From NCBI GenBank assembly GCA_964534375.1, contig CAZHPN010000170.1, forward strand, positions 1 to 12,909: a DNA stretch of 12,909 bases, read 5' to 3'. How positions within the stretch are numbered: position 1 is the stretch's first letter; every line of letters begins with the position of its first letter. Made by a program: the position numbers and the translations under genes. The notes under the pieces were generated by a model, which did not search any database, was not told the origin of the DNA, and was given only the letters and a program-made list of their open reading frames with translations. This stretch comes from an uncultured bacterium (GTDB lineage: Bacteria; Lernaellota; Lernaellaia; Lernaellales; Lernaellaceae). Below are positions 6,588 through 12,909 of the stretch, in pieces.

Positions 6588-8396
6588 CTACGCGGCCTGT
6601 TTCCGGGCCGGGTCGGTCAAGCGGAAGAAGACGATCGCGCCGATCGTCGCCAGCAATCCGGCTAGGGAAATCAGCCACGCGGCCGTCCGCAGCGGCGTCG
6701 AGCCGAAAGTGAACTCGACGCGGTGCTCGCCGGCGTTAACCGGCACGGTCACCAGTCCGTGCTCGTCGGCGGGGAAACACGGCGCTTCTTTGCCGTCCAC
6801 CGTGGCGCGCCAGCCGGGATACCAAAAGCGTTGCAGTGTCGCGCCGCCGTTTTCTTTCATGTCGACCGTCGCGAGATAATGACGCGGCCCGAGGCGCTCG
6901 GTTGTCACCGTGCCCTCCGGCTCCACCGTCACATCCTGCGTCGGCTGGTTCTGGGGGACCGACGTCACGTTCTTTGGCAGATAATCGTCGCGAGCGGTCG
7001 CGTTGATGTTGAAATTGCGGATCGTCTTGGCCGTGAAAACCTGGTCCATCGGGCGCACCCGTCCGTCTTTCAACCGCTTCGCATATTCGCTCGGCGGCAC
7101 GTTTCCCTGGTGTCCGGTCTTCGTGTCGTGGAACATGTCCAACGAATACGTGTAGGGATAATAAATGGCCATCGGCGCCGCAACGAACAATGCCGCGAGC
7201 GCCCAGCCGACCGATTTTCCTTTGATCTTAAGCGCGATCTCGGCGATCCACTGCACGCCGGCGGCGACGGCGATCGACGCGGCCAACGCCGCCAGAATCA
7301 GAAACCGCCACGGGAACTGCACGAATTTCAAGATGGGGAACAGCCGCCAGATCGGCCACGAGATGAAATGGCACATGACAAGGGCGGCCAGCAGCGTCGA
7401 CCACCAAAAGATCAGGACGCCGCGCCAGCTCTTCCGGAAGATAAACGCGGGGACCGTGGTCGCCAGCCCGAGCCAATGCGCGAGCCCGAGTTGAAACGAC
7501 ATCGCGCTTTTCAGCCCTCGCGACCCGCCGTGGCCGAAGAACAACGAGAAGAACTGTTTGAAATAAACGAAATGTTCGGAGTAGATGAAATACTCCTGGA
7601 TCAGGCTGCGCTTCGACCAGACGAAATCGGTCTCGGCGAACGCCGGAAGCCAAAAGAACGCCGCCAGCAGCAGGCCGCCGACGCCGCCCGCCGCCGCCAT
7701 CGCCGGGCCGCGCCAGCCCTCGCGGCGCAGCGCGATCGTCCAATACAGCCACCACGCCGCCAGCCACGGCGCGCCGATCATCGCCGTGATGTTGTGCGTC
7801 AGCAGCAGCAGCGCGCACCCGGCAGCCGTCGCCGCCATGCGCCAGACCGAGCGATCGCGGATCGCCCCGAGAATGCCCCACAACGTGAGCGGCAGCCACG
7901 CGAAACAGATGGCTTCGCCGAACGCGTGCCGCACCAGCACGTCGGTCAGGTGGTACGGCGCCAGCACGTAAAACGAGCCCGCCGCGGCGGCGCCCCACGG
8001 GCCGAACAACTCCTTGACCAGCAGCACGAGGAACCAGCCCGAAAGCAGCACGAACAAACCGTCGATCAATTTGAGCGCCACCGGCACGCCGGCGCCCGCC
8101 AGCACGAAGATTTCCGTCAGCCAATAACTGAGCGGCGCGTAAAAATGAAACAGCAGGCTGCCGTGGCCGCGGTAGAAGGCCTCGGCGAAGCGCGGCCAGA
8201 AATCCCCCTGGCGCACGCTCTCGTCCATGACCACCATCCGTAGGTAGTCCATGTTGGCGCTGTGCCCGCCGAGAAGATGGTTGTCCCACCATTGCCGGCT
8301 GACCAGCAGCGTCGCCGGAACGGTCGGCAAATACGGCCACAGGCGTTTCCACACAGCGCGCAACAATTGTTCCCCTCGCACCGAAAGAGCCGCCAT
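6588..8396 (-). CDS. PTPS-related (PF10131-like)/YfhO-like multi-pass membrane protein, putative GT-C glycosyltransferase, paralog B
   Basis: WPRF...YRGHGSLLFHFYAPL, LAPYHL.D..VR.AFGE, LLTHN, AAFFWLPAF.E, QFPWRFL, DDYLP, WYPGWRATVDG, GEH.V.F.F..TPLR; many hydrophobic helices. Start ATG 8396, or TTG 8366/8363 after GAGGGG. Confidence 0.85.
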   Translation of the reverse strand: MAALSVRGEQLLRAVWKRLWPYLPTVPATLLVSRQWWDNHLLGGHSANMDYLRMVVMDESVRQGDFWPRFAEAFYRGHGSLLFHFYAPLSYWLTEIFVLAGAGVPVALKLIDGLFVLLSGWFLVLLVKELFGPWGAAAAGSFYVLAPYHLTDVLVRHAFGEAICFAWLPLTLWGILGAIRDRSVWRMAATAAGCALLLLTHNITAMIGAPWLAAWWLYWTIALRREGWRGPAMAAAGGVGGLLLAAFFWLPAFAETDFVWSKRSLIQEYFIYSEHFVYFKQFFSLFFGHGGSRGLKSAMSFQLGLAHWLGLATTVPAFIFRKSWRGVLIFWWSTLLAALVMCHFISWPIWRLFPILKFVQFPWRFLILAALAASIAVAAGVQWIAEIALKIKGKSVGWALAALFVAAPMAIYYPYTYSLDMFHDTKTGHQGNVPPSEYAKRLKDGRVRPMDQVFTAKTIRNFNINATARDDYLPKNVTSVPQNQPTQDVTVEPEGTVTTERLGPRHYLATVDMKENGGATLQRFWYPGWRATVDGKEAPCFPADEHGLVTVPVNAGEHRVEFTFGSTPLRTAAWLISLAGLLATIGAIVFFRLTDPARKQAA

Positions 8397-8414
8397 TTTA
8401 GGCAAATGCGCGCG

Positions 8415-10202
8415 CTAGCCAAGCCCCGCCGCCGGCGGGGTCGGCGCGCCGCGCGACAGCCGCCGGTGCGCGAAAAACAATCCCGGCCACAACAACAGCG
8501 CGACGACCGTCGCGGCCCACGCCCCGCGCCGCAACGGCGTCGGGCCGAACGCGAACCGCACCTCGTGCTCGCCCGCCGGGACCCGCACGACGATCGAGCC
8601 GATTTCCGCCGCCGCCTCGGTCGGCCGTTCGACGTCGTCGACCCACGCGCGCCAACCCGGATACCAATACCGATTCAAGGTCACGACGCCGTCGCGCGAC
8701 AAATTCACTTTCGCGAGATAGCGCCCGGGCTGCTGCCGCGCCTGATAGTACGCCAGACCGTGTTCCGCCTCGATCCAAGCCGCCGGCGGACCCGGGGGCT
8801 TTTCGCGCACCTCCAGCGGCAGGTAGTCGTCCGACGACGTGCCGCGCTCGTAGGCCTGACGAATCCACGCGATCGTCCGGCCGTCGGACAACCGTTCGTA
8901 GAGGCCGCGGGCGAGCAGTCTCTGGTAATCCGACCAAGGCACAAGTCGATAAACGGGCCGCTGATCGCGGGCGTAAAGCAAATATCTGGTTTCGCCGCAA
9001 CGAAAGTAGAAAATGAACGGCAAGGCCAACAGCGGCACGAGAACCAGCCGCAGCCATTTCGAACCGCCGATTTCCGCCGCCGCCTGCACCACGGCCGCCG
9101 CCGCCAGCGTGCCGGCAAAGGCCGCAAAAAACAAAAACCGCCACGGGAATTGCACAAACGGCAGCGTCGGAATCAGCCGCCACAGGGGTTCGGAAATGCT
9201 CAGGCACATCGCCAGGGCCCACGCCAGCATCGCCGCGAAAAAAATGAGGGGCCGCCGCGCGCGTTTCAACTCGGCGATCGCCAGCGGCAGGCCGGCGAGC
9301 AGGATCCAGTGCGCCAAACCGAGTTGAAACGGCATGCAATCCGCGGCGCCTGGTTTGCTGTCGCCGAACGTCCACTTCGGATCGAACAGTTCCCGGAACC
9401 ACGGAAAATGCCGGTGAAAGTCGAAGAAGCCCGTGGTCAGGCTTCTTTCCGCCCAGACCAGATCCTTTTCCAGAAACGCCGGCGCCCAGAAAAACGCCGC
9501 CAGCAGCGCGCCCAGCGCCACCCCGGCCGCGCCGTACGCGGGCCCGCGCCAGCCTTGTTGCCGGTGGTTGATCGCCAAAAATAACCACCACGCGAACAGC
9601 ACGGGCGCCGCGAGCATCGCCATGATGTTGTGCGTGAACAGCAGCGCCGCCGTGCCGAGCGCCGCGGCGCTCAGGCCCGCGAACCGGCCGTCGCGGACCG
9701 CGGCGAGCAGGCCCCACATCGCCAGCGGCAGCCAGGCGAAAGCGATCGCCTCGCCGAAAGCGTGGCGCACGTGCATGTCGACCAAGCGGTACGGCGCGAG
9801 CGCCCAGAGCGCGCCCGCCGCCGCCGCGGCCAAATCGCCGAACAGGTCGCGCGCGAGCCAGATCATGAACACGCCCGAGAGCACGAGCGCCAACGCCCAG
9901 GTCAGCTTGATGCTGAGCGCGACGCCCGCGCCGGCGAGCATGAAAATCTCCGCGATGAAGTACCCGAGCGGCGCATAGAAATGGAACAGCAAGCTGCCGT
10001 AGCCGTAATAAAATACGTCGTTGAAGCGCGGCCACCAGTCGCCGGATCGCACCGCTTCGTCGAACACGACGATGCGTTCGTAATCCATGATCGCGCTGTG
10101 GCCGCACAGCAGCCCCGGGTGACGCCACTGGCGCATGGCGACCCCCGCCGCCAGCAGCATCAACAGATACGGGCCGTATTTTCGCCAGAAACCGACTGTC
10201 AT
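8415..10202 (-). CDS. PTPS-related (PF10131-like)/YfhO-like multi-pass membrane protein, putative GT-C glycosyltransferase, paralog A
   Basis: Same motif series as 6588-8396 (WPRF..YYGYGSLLFHFYAPL, LAPYRL.D..VRHAFGE, LFTHN, AAFFWAPAFLE, QFPWRFL, DDYLP, WYPGWRAWVD, TPLR); likely start ATG 10202 with GAGAG upstream. Confidence 0.85.
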   Translation of the reverse strand: MTVGFWRKYGPYLLMLLAAGVAMRQWRHPGLLCGHSAIMDYERIVVFDEAVRSGDWWPRFNDVFYYGYGSLLFHFYAPLGYFIAEIFMLAGAGVALSIKLTWALALVLSGVFMIWLARDLFGDLAAAAAGALWALAPYRLVDMHVRHAFGEAIAFAWLPLAMWGLLAAVRDGRFAGLSAAALGTAALLFTHNIMAMLAAPVLFAWWLFLAINHRQQGWRGPAYGAAGVALGALLAAFFWAPAFLEKDLVWAERSLTTGFFDFHRHFPWFRELFDPKWTFGDSKPGAADCMPFQLGLAHWILLAGLPLAIAELKRARRPLIFFAAMLAWALAMCLSISEPLWRLIPTLPFVQFPWRFLFFAAFAGTLAAAAVVQAAAEIGGSKWLRLVLVPLLALPFIFYFRCGETRYLLYARDQRPVYRLVPWSDYQRLLARGLYERLSDGRTIAWIRQAYERGTSSDDYLPLEVREKPPGPPAAWIEAEHGLAYYQARQQPGRYLAKVNLSRDGVVTLNRYWYPGWRAWVDDVERPTEAAAEIGSIVVRVPAGEHEVRFAFGPTPLRRGAWAATVVALLLWPGLFFAHRRLSRGAPTPPAAGLG

Positions 10203-10259
10203 GCGCGCTCTCGCTTTCGGTCGCCAACCGGCGCCGCACACCCCTCGCGGGCGTCTGTC

Positions 10260-10293
10260 AAAAAGCCCGGCATCGCCCGTTCGGGAAACGCCG
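10260..10293 (-). terminator. Possible intrinsic terminator after the polyferredoxin gene
   Basis: Minus strand CGGCGTTtCCCGaaCGGGcGATGCCG imperfect hairpin followed by GGCTTTTT, about 20 nt after the stop at 10314. Confidence 0.35.
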
Positions 10294-10313
10294 CCGACGC
10301 CCCACGCACCCGC

Positions 10314-11864
10314 CTATTTCTGATATTCGTCTTCCGACGACAGTTTGTCGAAATGATAACCGCGCCGGCCCGACTCCGCCGCGTAGCTCCCGCGCGCCAG
10401 CCGAATCTGGTAGTCCGGCCGCACGATGATCGCGCCCTCGCCCGGCACGGGGCACACCGAATTGCACATGCCGCAGCCGTTGCAACGGTGGTAGTCGACC
10501 CACGGCCGGCGCTTGCCGGCTGGGTCCTGCACCCAATACACCGCTTTGTACTGGCACGACTCGTCGCAGACCATGCACAGGCGGTCGCCCGTCCAGACCA
10601 CGCAGCGGTCTTTGTAAAGAATCGCCGTGCCGATGCGGGCGCAGCGCTTTTCGTCCAGGCCCAGCGAGCGAATCGCGCCCGTCGGACAGACCGCGCCGCA
10701 GGCGTTGCAGCCCTGGTCGCAATACGCCAGCCGCATGCGATGCGCCGGCGCCCACAGGCCCTCGAGGCCGCCGTCGAACCAGTCCGGCTGCAACGTGCCG
10801 GTCGGACAGGCTTTGACGCACTGCCCGCAACGGATGCAGCGCTTGCGGAAAATGTCTTCCGGCAACGCCCCCGGCGGCCGCAGCAGCGAGTCGGGCGAAA
10901 CCTGCCGCGCCGGGCTCATGTGAAACAGCATCGCGCCGAACGCGCCGCCGGCGACGCCGGTCAGCAGCCGCCGCCGGCCGAGATCGAGCGGCTTCGCCAG
11001 CCGCGGCGCCGGATTCGCGGGGCCGAACGAAACGACTTTCAGGTGGCAATCGGTCACGCAACGGTTGCAGTTGATGCACTCGGCCGGATCGTATTCGTGC
11101 GGGTCCTCGCCGATCGCGCCGGTTTCGCAGACGCGGCGGCATTTGCCGTCGTGGTCGCACGGCGCCGCGACATGGCGTTGGAACGGCGTCAGCCGCGCCG
11201 CCAGACCCAGCAGCGCGCCGAGCGGGCAAAGGCTGCGGCACCAGAACCGCCGCTGGAGGCGATTGAGCATCAGGATCGCGATGACCATCGCCGCCGCCGC
11301 CAGCGAGGCGGTCGGCATCGTCGCTTGGCGCGTCTGCATCATCGTCAACGAAATCCAGCCGAATTTCTTCGCCAGCCAGCCCACGCCGTCCAGCCCGAGA
11401 TTGGCCGAGAAGACGGTGACCGGATAAACGACGTACGTTGCGGCGCGCGTGATCAACGAGATCGGATCGAGCAGAAACGCCAAGCCGTAGCCCGCCGCCG
11501 CAGCCACGAGAATGATCAGCAGATTGATGTATTTCAGCCCGCGCCCGACGCGCTGGTGGTTGGGCCAGCGGCGTTTGCGGCGGGTGTAAAGAACCTCGTC
11601 AGCCAGTTCGATCGTCGTACCCAGCGGGCAGATCCAGCCGCAGAAAAAGCGTCCTACCAGCGCCGTCAGCGCCAGCACGACCAGCGCCGCGCCGAGCCCC
11701 GCCGCGGCCGTGCGCGCCGCGAGCGACGCGGCGATCAGCAGCAGCGGGTCCATGCGCAGGAAAAACTCGACCGGTATCCACAACCGCAGCCGATCGGTCG
11801 TCATCCCGATCAGCACGCAGAAGAAGAGCAGGAAACCGAGTTGGAACCCGCGCCGAAGCGTCAT
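10314..11864 (-). CDS. Membrane 4Fe-4S polyferredoxin, NapH/MauN-type TM domain fused to NapG/MauM-type ferredoxin domain (516 aa)
   Basis: GRFFCGWICPLG and RRFWCRSLCPLG (CxxxCP) motifs, TM helices, LLRPPGA..E..F...CIRCGQCVKACP, and six ferredoxin-type Cys clusters; ATGA overlap with the upstream gene at 11861-11864. Confidence 0.92.
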   Translation of the reverse strand: MTLRRGFQLGFLLFFCVLIGMTTDRLRLWIPVEFFLRMDPLLLIAASLAARTAAAGLGAALVVLALTALVGRFFCGWICPLGTTIELADEVLYTRRKRRWPNHQRVGRGLKYINLLIILVAAAAGYGLAFLLDPISLITRAATYVVYPVTVFSANLGLDGVGWLAKKFGWISLTMMQTRQATMPTASLAAAAMVIAILMLNRLQRRFWCRSLCPLGALLGLAARLTPFQRHVAAPCDHDGKCRRVCETGAIGEDPHEYDPAECINCNRCVTDCHLKVVSFGPANPAPRLAKPLDLGRRRLLTGVAGGAFGAMLFHMSPARQVSPDSLLRPPGALPEDIFRKRCIRCGQCVKACPTGTLQPDWFDGGLEGLWAPAHRMRLAYCDQGCNACGAVCPTGAIRSLGLDEKRCARIGTAILYKDRCVVWTGDRLCMVCDESCQYKAVYWVQDPAGKRRPWVDYHRCNGCGMCNSVCPVPGEGAIIVRPDYQIRLARGSYAAESGRRGYHFDKLSSEDEYQK

Positions 11865-12766
11865 GCCATCGCCGACCAGACCGGCAGTTCCGCCGTGCGA
11901 ATACGGCCGACGCCCATTTCCGCGGCCAGCCGGATGTAGCCGACATCGGCCGCCTTCAACTCTTTGCCGTTCCAGGGCGTGAGCGTCACCGCGATGCTGT
12001 CGACCGCCACGGGGTCGGTGCCGCCGTACACGCGATACATCAGCTTCACGTCGCCCGGCCCGGCCGGCCCTTTGGTGGTCATCACGCGGGTCGCGTCGAG
12101 AATGATCAGCTTCGGCTTAATGAAGGTCGAGAAATCCGCGATGCTCTGGTGCAGATCGAAATCGTGGTGGAACGCGCCGCGGTTTTGCACCGCGCCCATC
12201 CAGTTCTTCATGCTGAAGGTCACCAGCGCCGAGCCGTGGCTCTTGGCGATCGGCGCGTTGATCAGCGTGTCGCACTCGATGAGTTCGCGAATCACCATCG
12301 CGGTCTTGAGTTGGCGCGCTTTCGGCAAATTGACCTCGACGAAAAACTTGTCGTCGCGCACCAGCCGCACGGCGACGTCCGACATCTTTTTGAAAACTTC
12401 GTCGTACCCGTTGCGCTCTTTGCATTGCGCCAGTTGCTGCACGGGGTTGTCCACGATCAGCACCGACTTGGCGCCCGCGTTCAGCGCCATTTCGACCAGC
12501 GTCTTCACGATCAGCGGGTCGGTGTTCGCGCCCTGCGCCGGCGCCGACGCCCAGCCCATATTCGGTTTGATGACGACCTTATCGCCCTTGGACACGAATT
12601 TCTTCATGCCCCCCAGCGCCTCGATGACCTTCTTCGTCGCCGTCGGTCCGTCGCCCTGAAAGGCGACCGCGTCCTCGTTCGCGGCAAGCAAGTTGCCCGG
12701 CATCATTGTCGCGACGGCGGTGGCGGCCGCCATGCCTTGGATCATTTCCCGGCGGGTGATTTTCAT
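11861..12766 (-). CDS. Tat-exported DUF362 domain protein (301 aa)
   Basis: AAGGAG RBS (12773-12778) 6 nt before ATG 12766; twin-arginine signal MKITRREMIQGMAAATA; LGGMKKFV.KGDKVVIKPN, ANTDP, INAPIAKSH, TFSMKNWMG, ILDATR, GP.GPG, DPVAVD motifs of DUF362; typical pairing with a 4Fe-4S membrane protein. Confidence 0.92.
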   Translation of the reverse strand: MKITRREMIQGMAAATAVATMMPGNLLAANEDAVAFQGDGPTATKKVIEALGGMKKFVSKGDKVVIKPNMGWASAPAQGANTDPLIVKTLVEMALNAGAKSVLIVDNPVQQLAQCKERNGYDEVFKKMSDVAVRLVRDDKFFVEVNLPKARQLKTAMVIRELIECDTLINAPIAKSHGSALVTFSMKNWMGAVQNRGAFHHDFDLHQSIADFSTFIKPKLIILDATRVMTTKGPAGPGDVKLMYRVYGGTDPVAVDSIAVTLTPWNGKELKAADVGYIRLAAEMGVGRIRTAELPVWSAMA

Positions 12767-12806
12767 TTGCGTCTCCTTCTCGGCGCGTGATGGGCCGATG
12801 CCGCGC

Positions 12807-12835
12807 ATTGTCGTCGAATTGCCGGCGGGATTCAA
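12807..12835 (-). promoter_or_regulatory. Putative sigma70 promoter of the DUF362 operon (-35 TTGAAT, 17 bp, -10 GACAAT)
   Basis: Minus strand TTGAAT (12835-12830), 17-nt spacer, GACAAT (12812-12807), about 40 nt upstream of ATG 12766. Confidence 0.4.
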
Positions 12836-12909
12836 GAACCTTCGGCGGTCCCGACAGGGCAACGGCAAAGTCGATTTAGGATCTCCGAGCAACGCGAAAG
12901 CGTGGCCGG

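Noticed and set aside
6588..10202. Pterin biosynthesis function implied by the 'PTPS-related' family name
   Set aside because: These are polytopic membrane proteins with GT-C/YfhO features and no T-fold PTPS motifs.
10314..11864. Assigning napG/napH or mauM/mauN gene symbols
   Set aside because: No napA or mau genes nearby; the DUF362-associated fusion is a separate group.
9630..11939. 769-aa plus-strand ORF (also 6723-8243 and 8262-9584)
   Set aside because: Antisense shadows of well-supported minus-strand genes; expected from GC-rich codon bias.
12767..12892. 42-aa N-terminal extension of the DUF362 ORF from TTG 12892
   Set aside because: The RBS and Tat signal identify ATG 12766 as the start; the extension covers the probable promoter.

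Overview
High-GC bacterial chromosomal window, with gene content most like Myxococcota/Desulfobacterota-type deltaproteobacteria (inference). It holds eight intact CDSs. On the minus strand, an M23 Zn-metallopeptidase diverges from a plus-strand carD (CdnL-type) - secreted AttH/Svf1-like lipocalin-fold protein - GH38 alpha-mannosidase-like cluster. This cluster converges on a minus-strand block: Tat-exported DUF362 protein, NapH/NapG(MauN/MauM)-like membrane polyferredoxin, and two tandem paralogous PTPS-related/YfhO-like GT-C membrane glycosyltransferases. No tRNA, rRNA, CRISPR or transposase was seen. The most interesting signals are: (i) the full-length GH38 protein appears to have lost nearly all catalytic and Zn-binding residues (pseudoenzyme) and carries an extra N-terminal beta-domain; (ii) both GT-C paralogs have H-S-x3-D-x2-R where the family usually has H-D-x3-H-x2-R; (iii) the polyferredoxin has a CxxDxxCxxxC site; (iv) a 121-bp-period direct repeat flanks a GC hairpin at the left edge. 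All family calls come from motif recognition by eye, not database searches.
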